64,000 nt of DNA from Minisyncoccales bacterium (GTDB lineage Bacteria; Patescibacteriota; Minisyncoccia; Minisyncoccales; RBG-13-42-11): positions 551 through 64,550 of the forward strand of contig JBNAUV010000001.1 of the NCBI GenBank assembly GCA_049700655.1. Direction: 5' to 3'. The notes under the pieces are model-generated. The model searched no databases. It was not told where the DNA came from and saw only the letters and a list, made by a program, of their open reading frames with translations. Position numbers and translations under genes: made by a program. Positions 28,379-36,620 of this stretch are shown here, piece after piece. Position 1 is the stretch's first letter, and each line of letters starts with the position of its first letter.

Positions 28379-29083
28379 ATGCTTAAAGAATTAATTGATA
28401 AGTTTTATTTAGAAAAACAAAGAAACAAAGAACAGCATCATTTTTATATTACTGATGTCGGCCGGTGTGGCCGGGCTTTATTTTTTAAATTCAAAAATGT
28501 GCCCCGCAAAGAAATGGAGGCTAATATTTTACGTTTATTTGATCACGGAGACTATATTCATCAATTAATTATGAAGCCGCTTTTAAGCATTAAAGAAATT
28601 CATGTGGTGGCCTCTGAAATAAATATTCCTCCTCAAGAATTAATTTCTGGTCGGGCTGATGCCATTATCAGCGACGGCAAGAACCTCTATGTTTTAGATA
28701 TTAAAAGTATGAATAGTATGATTTTTAATAAATTAACAGAGCCCAAAGAGGAAAATGTTAATCAACTTCAGTGTTATCTTCATTATTTTAAAATTCCCCG
28801 CGGCATTTTGCTTTACGTCAATAAAGATACGCAAAAATTAAAAGAATTTATTGTCGAATATGATAGAAAACGCGTTTTGGCTTTATTAGATAATTTACAA
28901 GAAATTAAACAAAAAATTGATCAAAATATGATTCCCATTCGTTTGGCTGATTATCCAGAAAATTGGCAGTGCCGTTATTGCCAATTTAGCGAGATTTGTC
29001 AGTTGGCTGGAGCCAATGAAATGAATTGGTTAGATTTTAAAAAGAAAATTAAATTAAAAGAGGGGAGCGTCGGAGATAAATAA
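28379..29083 (+). CDS. Cas4-like / DUF83-type PD-(D/E)xK nuclease with a 4Fe-4S cysteine tetrad (RecB-family nuclease domain)
   Basis: N-terminal Cys (VGRCGR); motif II D (GRADAI); hhhDxK (YVLDIKS); the RecB-family QxxxY motif (QLQCYLHY); C-terminal CRYCQFSEIC (C-x2-C-x5-C). It starts 4 nt after the rpsI stop. Confidence 0.7.
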   Translation: MLKELIDKFYLEKQRNKEQHHFYITDVGRCGRALFFKFKNVPRKEMEANILRLFDHGDYIHQLIMKPLLSIKEIHVVASEINIPPQELISGRADAIISDGKNLYVLDIKSMNSMIFNKLTEPKEENVNQLQCYLHYFKIPRGILLYVNKDTQKLKEFIVEYDRKRVLALLDNLQEIKQKIDQNMIPIRLADYPENWQCRYCQFSEICQLAGANEMNWLDFKKKIKLKEGSVGDK

Positions 29084-30334
29084 AGTTTCTTTTGTCCAAA
29101 GATAAATTTTTTTATTATCGGGATTCCAAAATATTTTTGTTTCGCTTCCAGTAAAAGGAAGTTTTTTTATTTCAAAAAGATCAATAAGATTAAATTTATC
29201 TCGTTCATCTATTTCAATAATTTTAATTTGATCGCCAGCCATAAAAGTTAGATAATAATCATTGAGCCAATAAACATCAGTAATTTTATTTATCAGGCGA
29301 GCAAGAAACAGTTTTTCTCCCTTAGTTTTTTTTATTGGTTCAGTTAATTCATCTAAAAATAAAAGCCAAAGTTCATTATTAGATGCCAAAAGCAATTTTT
29401 TATTATCAGGCGAGACTTTTAAAAAATTAATATCTGAAGCAACACTTTCAAATTTTTTCAGTTCATTATTAAACTTAAATAAATGACCGCTTTGTTTTAA
29501 AAAAATAGAATCGGAGAAAACTTGTAATTCAACCGATGAGGTTTCTGTTTCTATGGGGAAGGGCGTTAAATTAAGTTTCTGTTTGTTTTTAAACAAATAA
29601 CCAAGTTTATCTAAATAATATTCATCATTATTAACTGATTGATAAGCAATGGCGTTTTCTGGTTGGGTTTTTTGTGCAGGGATAATTTCTGAAATAATTG
29701 GTGGAGGAGTATCAATCTTTTCTAGGGAAAAGTGTTTAATTTTATCTTTAACCTTAATAGTTAAATAAATTTTTTGTTCATTTTCTGAAAATTCTAAATT
29801 AACCAAATCAGCTCCTTGGCTAGAAAGATCGCCTTCTTTAACCAGAAGGCTTTTTGTTTTTTTATCTAAGAGCTTTAATGACCAGCCAGTTTCATCGATT
29901 TGTTTGATCAGTAAGTATTTCTGGGAGGGAGAGAACCAAACGCCATTAACTGGTTCGGCTAAAATTTGAAAATTAATATCTTCAGGAAATAAAATTATAT
30001 TTTTTGCTTCCGTGACTTTTTCTTTTTCTATCTTTAAAGTTTTTTCCCAAGAATGATAACCCTCTTTTTTAATTTCAATATTATATTCTTTGGGTAATAA
30101 ATTTTTGATTAAAACAGAACCAAAAAAGAAATCGGTTTTTTGCCATAATTTTTTATTTAAATAGACATCAACTCGTTTTGGTACAACCCTTAAAAAAAGC
30201 CCGCCCGTTTGAGTCAATTTTTTATTCTGAAAATCAAAACGATAACCCTGCGAATATAAGATTAAGACCGGAGTGATTAAAACAAATAGAAAAAAACAAG
30301 TTAAAAAGATAAGGCGGCGAGTTTTTTTAGTCAT
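29054..30334 (-). CDS. hypothetical membrane-anchored protein with a PEGA-like domain and a predicted beta-propeller (TolB-like) region
   Basis: N-terminal TM segment; a KKEGYHSWEKTLKI segment resembles PEGA domains. The C-terminal repeats have a WD/TolB-like character (weak). It overlaps the Cas4-like gene 3' end by 30 nt, convergently. Confidence 0.5.
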   Translation of the reverse strand: MTKKTRRLIFLTCFFLFVLITPVLILYSQGYRFDFQNKKLTQTGGLFLRVVPKRVDVYLNKKLWQKTDFFFGSVLIKNLLPKEYNIEIKKEGYHSWEKTLKIEKEKVTEAKNIILFPEDINFQILAEPVNGVWFSPSQKYLLIKQIDETGWSLKLLDKKTKSLLVKEGDLSSQGADLVNLEFSENEQKIYLTIKVKDKIKHFSLEKIDTPPPIISEIIPAQKTQPENAIAYQSVNNDEYYLDKLGYLFKNKQKLNLTPFPIETETSSVELQVFSDSIFLKQSGHLFKFNNELKKFESVASDINFLKVSPDNKKLLLASNNELWLLFLDELTEPIKKTKGEKLFLARLINKITDVYWLNDYYLTFMAGDQIKIIEIDERDKFNLIDLFEIKKLPFTGSETKIFWNPDNKKIYLWTKETLFISDAPLF

Positions 30335-30395
30335 AAAATTATTTTACCCCAATCTATTTATTTGACAAGATATTATTAATTTAGCCTTCGGGTTA

Positions 30396-30424
30396 TTGCC
30401 AAATTTTTTAATTTAATCTATAAT
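30396..30424 (+). promoter_or_regulatory. promoter TTGCCA-17-TATAAT upstream of mreB
   Basis: Near-consensus hexamers at 30396-30401 and 30419-30424, 26 nt before the ATG at 30451. Confidence 0.5.
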
Positions 30425-30450
30425 TAACCATTAATAACCAGAGATAAACT

Positions 30451-31449
30451 ATGAAAAAAATTGGCATTGATTTAGGCACAGTTAATTCTTTAGTCTTTGT
30501 TCCAAGCAAGGGTATTGTGTTACAAGAACCATCAGTGGTGGCTGTGGCCTTGGCTGAAAATAAAATTTTGGCTGTCGGAGAAAAAGCCAAAGAAATGATT
30601 GGTCGTACACCAGAGACCATTCGGGTTTATCGACCATTGAAAGACGGCGTGATTGCTGATTTTCGAGTTGCTCAAGCCATGTTGAAATATTTTATTGATC
30701 AGGCCTGCGGCTTTTGGCGGTTTTTAAAACCAGAATTAATAATTGGTGTTTCATCTGGTATTACTTCGACCGAAAGAAGGGCAGTAATTGAGGCGGCTCT
30801 TAAAGCCGGAGCAAAACAAGTTTATTTGGTCAAAGAACCAATCTTGGCCGCGATTGGCGCGGGCATTCCTATTAATTCTTGTGTTGGTCATATGGTCGTT
30901 GATATTGGCGGCGGTACCTCTGAAATAGCTGTTATTTCCTTAGGCGGAATAGTTTCTTGCAACTCGGTGCGAGTGGGTGGTGATAAAATAGATGTAGCTA
31001 TTTCCGATTATATTAAAAAGAAATATAATTTAGTCATTGGCGAACAGATGGCCGAGAAGATAAAAATAAGAATTGGCAGTGCTTTATATGAGAAAGAAGA
31101 AAGGCAAATGGCTGTCCGGGGTCGAGATTTAATTTCTGGTTTGCCACGCACTGTTAAAATTTCTTCCAATGAAACAGTCGAGGCCATAAGTGATGTTTTA
31201 AAAGAAATTATTCAGACGATTAAATCGGTTTTAAGAAATACGCCGCCCGAATTATCAGCCGATGTGATTAATAAAGGAATAGTTCTTTGCGGCGGTGGCG
31301 CCCTATTAAGAAATATTGTTGAAAGAATTTCTCAAGAGACCGGTGTAATTTGTTCTTTGGCAGAAGAACCACTTCTTTGTGTTGCCAAAGGAACGGGGGT
31401 GGTTTTAGAGAATTTAAAGGCGTATAAAAAGAGTATTTTGAGTAAATAA
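30451..31449 (+). CDS. mreB: rod-shape determining actin homolog MreB
   Basis: IGIDLGTVNSLVFV..., DIGGGTSEIAVISLGG: the actin/Hsp70 fold phosphate and adenosine motifs. Confidence 0.9.
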   Translation: MKKIGIDLGTVNSLVFVPSKGIVLQEPSVVAVALAENKILAVGEKAKEMIGRTPETIRVYRPLKDGVIADFRVAQAMLKYFIDQACGFWRFLKPELIIGVSSGITSTERRAVIEAALKAGAKQVYLVKEPILAAIGAGIPINSCVGHMVVDIGGGTSEIAVISLGGIVSCNSVRVGGDKIDVAISDYIKKKYNLVIGEQMAEKIKIRIGSALYEKEERQMAVRGRDLISGLPRTVKISSNETVEAISDVLKEIIQTIKSVLRNTPPELSADVINKGIVLCGGGALLRNIVERISQETGVICSLAEEPLLCVAKGTGVVLENLKAYKKSILSK

Positions 31450-31463
31450 ATAATTTCCGCTTT

Positions 31464-32351
31464 ATGCTAATTGGCCATCAGCAACAATGGCAATTTTTAA
31501 AAAAAAGTATTGAAACAAAAAAAATTTCTCATGCCTATTTATTTATCGGACAAGAAAAATTAGGCAAGAAGACATTAGCTAAATCTTGGGCCTCTTTGTT
31601 ATTGGGAGCAAAAGATAAAGATAATTATGCTTTGTCTAATTTAATTTTATTAGAGCCAGCTAATCAAGAGATAAAAATTGCTCAAATCAGAGATTTAATT
31701 TGGCAACTTTCTTTAAAGCCTTTAGAACAATCAAAAAGGGTGGCAATAATTGACAACGCTCATTTAATGAATCAAGAAGCACAAACTTGTCTTTTAAAAA
31801 CTTTGGAAGAGCCAAAAGGAAATTCTGTTTTGATTTTAATTACTGATAAACCAGTCAGTTTGTTGCCAACCATTCTTTCACGAGTACAAATTATTAAATT
31901 TAAGCCGATTAAAAAGGAAGAAATCAAAAAATATCTTTTAACTCAAGGTTTAAACGAAAAAGAGGCAGAGGAAATTTCTCAGATTTCTTTGGGTCGGCCC
32001 GGTCGGGCGATTGATTTTTTACTTAATAAACAAAGAAGAGCAGATTTTTATCAAAAAATAAAAGAGATAAATAATCTTATAGACGCTCCTTTGGTTAATC
32101 GTTTTCAATATGTTAAGAAACTTATTCAAGAAGAAACAGAGGTGTTAAATATTTTGGATATTTGGTTAAATTATTTTCGAGCAAAGTTAATTTGTCAGAC
32201 AAGTAATGGAAAAAATCAAACCGATTTTAACCAAATTTCTCTGAAGAAATTAAAAAAATTATTAGAAAAAATTCAGGAGACAAAAATTTTAATTTCTACT
32301 ACCAACATTAATTCTCAATTGGCGCTTGAGAATTTAATGTTGGAATTTTAA
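31464..32351 (+). CDS. holB: DNA polymerase III delta-prime subunit
   Basis: HAYLFIGQEKLGKKTLAKSWASLLL. A degenerate Walker A and an SRVQ sensor motif are typical of delta-prime. Confidence 0.8.
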   Translation: MLIGHQQQWQFLKKSIETKKISHAYLFIGQEKLGKKTLAKSWASLLLGAKDKDNYALSNLILLEPANQEIKIAQIRDLIWQLSLKPLEQSKRVAIIDNAHLMNQEAQTCLLKTLEEPKGNSVLILITDKPVSLLPTILSRVQIIKFKPIKKEEIKKYLLTQGLNEKEAEEISQISLGRPGRAIDFLLNKQRRADFYQKIKEINNLIDAPLVNRFQYVKKLIQEETEVLNILDIWLNYFRAKLICQTSNGKNQTDFNQISLKKLKKLLEKIQETKILISTTNINSQLALENLMLEF

Positions 32352-32363
32352 TTTTTAAAAATT

Positions 32364-32924
32364 ATGGAGGACTATCAATTAATAATTAAAAAGATTCAAC
32401 CAGAATTAGATAAGGCGATTAATTTTTTAGAAAAAGAACTAATTAAAATTAGAACCGGTCGAGCCACGCCAGCCTTAGTCGAGGATATTATTGTTGAATG
32501 TTTTGGTCAAAAATTCGTTCTTAAACAATTGGCCGCTATTTTTGCGCCCGAAGCCAAACAGCTTTTAATTCAACCTTGGGATAAATCTTATCTGGGAGAT
32601 ATTATTCGGGCCTTAGAAAAAACAGATTTGGGCGTAGCGCCGATTGTTGATAAAGAGGTTATAAGAATTAATTTGCCCGCCTTAAGCGAGGATTATCGTA
32701 AAAATTTGGCCAAATTAATTACTGAAAAAAGCGAATTGGCGCGAGAAACAATAAGAAAATGGCGGGAGAGCGCTTGGAAGGAAATTCAAGAAAAAACAAG
32801 GCAGGGCGAAATTAGAGAAGATGATAAATTTCGAGCCAAAGACGACTTACAGAAATTAGTTGATGAATATAATAAAAAAATTGAGCAAATAGTAGAAAAA
32901 AAGAAAAAAGAAATAGAAATATAA
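32364..32924 (+). CDS. frr: ribosome recycling factor
   Basis: Conserved RRF sequence (IRTGRATPALVEDI...). Confidence 0.93.
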   Translation: MEDYQLIIKKIQPELDKAINFLEKELIKIRTGRATPALVEDIIVECFGQKFVLKQLAAIFAPEAKQLLIQPWDKSYLGDIIRALEKTDLGVAPIVDKEVIRINLPALSEDYRKNLAKLITEKSELARETIRKWRESAWKEIQEKTRQGEIREDDKFRAKDDLQKLVDEYNKKIEQIVEKKKKEIEI

Positions 32925-32928
32925 ATTT

Positions 32929-34020
32929 ATGTTTTTTACTATTTTGATTGCTGTTTTAAGCCTTATTGGTTTATTTATTATTCATGAGTTGGGTCATTTT
33001 TTAATGGCTAAAAAATTAGGTGTCAGGGTTGAGGAATTTGGTATTTTTTTTCCGCCGCGGTTGATTGGCAAAAAAATAGGCGGGACAATTTATTCATTAA
33101 ATTTAATTCCCTTTGGCGCTTTTGTTCGAATTTATGGCGAAGAAGAAAAAGCTGTCAGCCCGGAGAGTTTTAGTTCTCGGCCAATTTGGCAAAGGTTTTT
33201 AATTGTTTTGGCTGGCGTTCTTTCCTTCTGGTTAGTGGCGATTATTTTATTAAGTATTGTCTTTCATTTGGGCACTGCCCAGATAATCAGCGATGAGGAA
33301 AATGGTTTTTTGACAAATCCGCAAGTGCAAATTATTTCCGTAAGTTCAAATTCGCCAGCCAGCGCGGCCGGTTTAATGCCGGGAGATGTTATTCGTTATC
33401 TTGGGTTAAAAGATCAAACAGAGAAATTGGCAGTTACTAAGGTGAAGGAGGTTCAAGAATTCGTTAATCAACACCGGGGAGAAGAAGTTGTTTTAACAAT
33501 TGAAAGAAAAAAAGATCTTTTTGAAGTTATCTTAACGCCACGGGTTGAGCCGCCGGCTGATGAAGGCGCGCTGGGTGTGGGTTTAGTAAGAACAGCGGAA
33601 AAATCATATCCCATTTTTCAATCTTTTTACAAAGGAATTGTAGCCACTATTGCTTTAACTGGCGATATTATTTTGGCTTTGTTTAATGTTTTGATTAAAT
33701 TAATTAGTGGTCAAGGTTTGCCACAAGGCGCTCAGTTAGTGGGGCCAATTGGTATCGGCTCTTTGGTTGTTCAGGCTGTTCAAGTTGGTTTGAATTATTT
33801 TTTGCAATTTATTGCTCTGTTGTCTATTTATTTGGCTATTTTTAATTTATTACCCATTCCTGCTTTAGATGGCGGAAAATTATTGTTTCTTGGTATTGAG
33901 AAAATAAAAGGTCGGCCCATTAACCAAGGGCTGGAAAAGAAAATTACTGCCGCTTTTTTTATTCTGCTGATTATTTTAATGATTTGGGTTACAATTAAAG
34001 ATATTAGTCGTTTATTTTAA
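32929..34020 (+). CDS. rseP: RseP-like site-2 protease (M50) with a PDZ domain
   Basis: HELGHFLMAKKLGV (HExxH), a central PDZ (GLMPGDVI), and a C-terminal LPIPALDGG motif. Confidence 0.85.
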   Translation: MFFTILIAVLSLIGLFIIHELGHFLMAKKLGVRVEEFGIFFPPRLIGKKIGGTIYSLNLIPFGAFVRIYGEEEKAVSPESFSSRPIWQRFLIVLAGVLSFWLVAIILLSIVFHLGTAQIISDEENGFLTNPQVQIISVSSNSPASAAGLMPGDVIRYLGLKDQTEKLAVTKVKEVQEFVNQHRGEEVVLTIERKKDLFEVILTPRVEPPADEGALGVGLVRTAEKSYPIFQSFYKGIVATIALTGDIILALFNVLIKLISGQGLPQGAQLVGPIGIGSLVVQAVQVGLNYFLQFIALLSIYLAIFNLLPIPALDGGKLLFLGIEKIKGRPINQGLEKKITAAFFILLIILMIWVTIKDISRLF

Positions 34021-34021
34021 T

Positions 34022-35284
34022 ATGCGGCAATCACAACTTTTTACTAAAACATTAAGAAGAGCGCCCAAAGAAGAAGTGGCTGTTAATGCTCAGTTGTTAA
34101 TTCGAGCCGGCTATATTGATAAACTAATGACCGGTGTTTATAGTTACTTGCCTTTGGGGTTGAGAGTTTTAAAAAAAGTTGAAAACATTATTCGGGAAGA
34201 AATGAACAAAATAGGCGGCCAAGAAGTTTTTTTACCCGCTCTTCATCCTAAAGAAATTTGGCAGAAAACTAATCGTTGGCAATACGAAGAGATGTTTAAA
34301 GTAAAAAATCGCCAAAACAAAGAATTTAGTTTGGGCTGGACTCATGAAGAAGTGATTACTCCCTTGGTTAAGAAATTTTTAAATTCTTATCAAGATTTGC
34401 CATTAGCCATTTATCAAATCCAAGATAAATTCAGAGATGAATTAAGGGCTAAGGCTGGTTTGTTGCGCGGCGTGGAATTTATAATGAAAGATCTTTATTC
34501 TTTCCATCAGAATGAAAAAGATTTGGATAGCTATTATGAAAAAGTAAAAAAAGCTTATGGTCAAGTTTTTAAAAGATGTGGTTTGGGTAAACAAACTTAT
34601 TTAGTTTTAGCTTCAGGTGGCCCTTTTAGTAAATATTCTCATGAATTTCAAACTGAGACGCCGGCTGGCGAGGATACTATTTTTCTTTGCGAGAAATGTC
34701 GTTTAGGCATTAACAAAGAAATTGTTGAAGAAGAAAAATATCGTTGTCCGCAATGCGGCAATCAAAATTTAGTTACTAAAAAAACAATTGAAGTGGGTAA
34801 CATTTTTAAATTAAAAGATAAATTTAGTCGTCCCTTTAATCTCGTTTACAAAGATAGAGATGGTCAAGAGAAAGCGGTTTTAATGGGTTGTTATGGCATT
34901 GGTTTAGGCAGATTAATTGGGACAATTGTGGAAATTTATCATGATCAGCAGGGCATTGTTTGGCCAGCTGAGGTGGCGCCTTATCAGATCCATTTAATTC
35001 CTATTGGTTCTTCAAGAAAAATTAAAAAGATAACTGATAAACTATATTTAGATTTACAAAAAGAGAAAATTGAGGTATTATATGACGATCGGGAGAATAT
35101 AACTGCCGGAGAGAAGTTGGTTGAAGCTGATTTAATTGGTTTGCCTCTTCGTTTGGTGATTAGCGAAAAAACCTTAGAAAGGGATTGTTTTGAGGTTAAG
35201 TATCGGAATAAGATAAAAGCGAGCTTAATAAAATTAAAAGATTTAAAAAAGATAATAAATATAATATGTGGAAGAGGTTATTAA
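34022..35284 (+). CDS. proS: prolyl-tRNA synthetase, short bacterial-type form lacking the INS editing domain and carrying a zinc-ribbon insertion
   Basis: Class II motifs 1-3 and a C-terminal anticodon-binding domain; 420 aa versus ~570 typical. A CEKC-x15-CPQC insert sits where the INS editing domain normally is. Confidence 0.85.
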   Translation: MRQSQLFTKTLRRAPKEEVAVNAQLLIRAGYIDKLMTGVYSYLPLGLRVLKKVENIIREEMNKIGGQEVFLPALHPKEIWQKTNRWQYEEMFKVKNRQNKEFSLGWTHEEVITPLVKKFLNSYQDLPLAIYQIQDKFRDELRAKAGLLRGVEFIMKDLYSFHQNEKDLDSYYEKVKKAYGQVFKRCGLGKQTYLVLASGGPFSKYSHEFQTETPAGEDTIFLCEKCRLGINKEIVEEEKYRCPQCGNQNLVTKKTIEVGNIFKLKDKFSRPFNLVYKDRDGQEKAVLMGCYGIGLGRLIGTIVEIYHDQQGIVWPAEVAPYQIHLIPIGSSRKIKKITDKLYLDLQKEKIEVLYDDRENITAGEKLVEADLIGLPLRLVISEKTLERDCFEVKYRNKIKASLIKLKDLKKIINIICGRGY

Positions 35285-36318
35285 ATTTTATTACTGATGA
35301 TATTGCGATTGATTTGGGCACGGCTAATTCGCGTGTTTATATTAGAGAAGGTGGAATTATTATTAGCGAACCATCAGTGGTTGCTATTAATCAGAAAACT
35401 GGCCAGATTTTGGCTATTGGTGATGAGGCGAAGAAAATGGTTGGCCGCACGCCAGCCCATATTGTGGCCACTCGGCCGCTTATTTCTGGCGTGGTCTCCA
35501 ATTTTGAAGTGACAGAACAGATGTTAAAATATTTTATAGAAAAAGTTAGACCAAAAAGATTTTTATTAAATCCCAGGCCGCGCGTAATTATTGGCGTGCC
35601 TTGCGGCATTACTCAGGTTGAAAGAAGGGCGGTTAGCGATGCGGCCAAAAATGCTGGCGCGCGTGAAGTTTTTATTATTGAAGAACCATTAGCTGCTGCT
35701 TTGGGAGCTCGTTTGCCCATTCAGGAGGCGAAAGGCAATTTTATTGTTGATATTGGCGGCGGGACCACTGATATTGCTGTAATTTCTTTAGGCGGAATTG
35801 TTATTTCTAAAACATTAAAAGTGGCTGGCGATAAATTAAACCAAGATATTATTCAATTTGCCCAAGATGAATATAGATTATTAATTGGCGAAAGAACTGC
35901 TGAAATGATAAAAATTGGCATTGGTTCAGCCTTTCCTTTAAAAGAAAAGAAACAATTGCCCATGCGCGGCAGAAATTTGGTAACTGGTTTACCAGAAGAA
36001 ATTATAGTTTCTGATGAGGATATTCGGCGGGCTCTAGAAAAATCATTAAAACAAATTGTGGCTGAAATTAAGATAGCCCTAGAAGAAACCCCGCCAGAGT
36101 TGTTGGCTGATATTATGATTAATGGTATTCAATTGGCTGGCGGCAGTTCTCTTTTAAAAGGGCTACCCAATTTAATTCAAAAAGAAACAAAAATTCCCAC
36201 TAAAATTATTGAAGATCCAGCAACTGCTGTAGTTAGAGGAGCTGGGTTGGTTTTAGAGGATCTTGATAGTTTACACGAGGTTTTATTAGAGATTGAAGAA
36301 TTAGAGCCGCCCAAATAA
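35266..36318 (+). CDS. second MreB-family actin homolog (Mbl/MreBH-like paralog)
   Basis: IAIDLGTANSRVYI..., DIGGGTTDIAVISLGG; roughly 50% identity to the upstream MreB by eye. Confidence 0.88.
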   Translation: MWKRLLNFITDDIAIDLGTANSRVYIREGGIIISEPSVVAINQKTGQILAIGDEAKKMVGRTPAHIVATRPLISGVVSNFEVTEQMLKYFIEKVRPKRFLLNPRPRVIIGVPCGITQVERRAVSDAAKNAGAREVFIIEEPLAAALGARLPIQEAKGNFIVDIGGGTTDIAVISLGGIVISKTLKVAGDKLNQDIIQFAQDEYRLLIGERTAEMIKIGIGSAFPLKEKKQLPMRGRNLVTGLPEEIIVSDEDIRRALEKSLKQIVAEIKIALEETPPELLADIMINGIQLAGGSSLLKGLPNLIQKETKIPTKIIEDPATAVVRGAGLVLEDLDSLHEVLLEIEELEPPK

Positions 36319-36335
36319 ACCTAATTATAAATTTT

Positions 36336-36620
36336 ATGATTAAAAAAGAAGAAGTACAACGTATTGCTCAGTTGGCCCGCTTGGGTTTAACAGAAGCAGA
36401 AATAAAAAAATACCAGAAAGAATTAACAGCCATTTTGGATTATTTTAATAAGTTAAAAGAAGTTGTTATCCCGCCTGGCGAATCTTTACGAAGCGTGATT
36501 AAAAATACCAATGTAATGAGAGATGATTTAGCGGTTAAATTTGAAAATTTGGCTGAACAATTATTAAAATTGGCGCCAGCTAAAAAAAATAATTATTTGA
36601 GGGTTAAATCAGTTTTTTAA
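36336..36620 (+). CDS. gatC: Asp/Glu-tRNA amidotransferase subunit C
   Basis: IKKEEVQRIAQLARLGLTEAE... precedes gatA. Confidence 0.9.
   Translation: MIKKEEVQRIAQLARLGLTEAEIKKYQKELTAILDYFNKLKEVVIPPGESLRSVIKNTNVMRDDLAVKFENLAEQLLKLAPAKKNNYLRVKSVF

Noticed and set aside
28379-29083. Whether the Cas4-like gene marks a CRISPR-Cas locus.
   Set aside because: There are no cas1, cas2 or effector genes and no repeat-spacer array anywhere in the 64 kb. The flanks are ribosomal and cell-envelope genes, so it is treated as a stand-alone nuclease.
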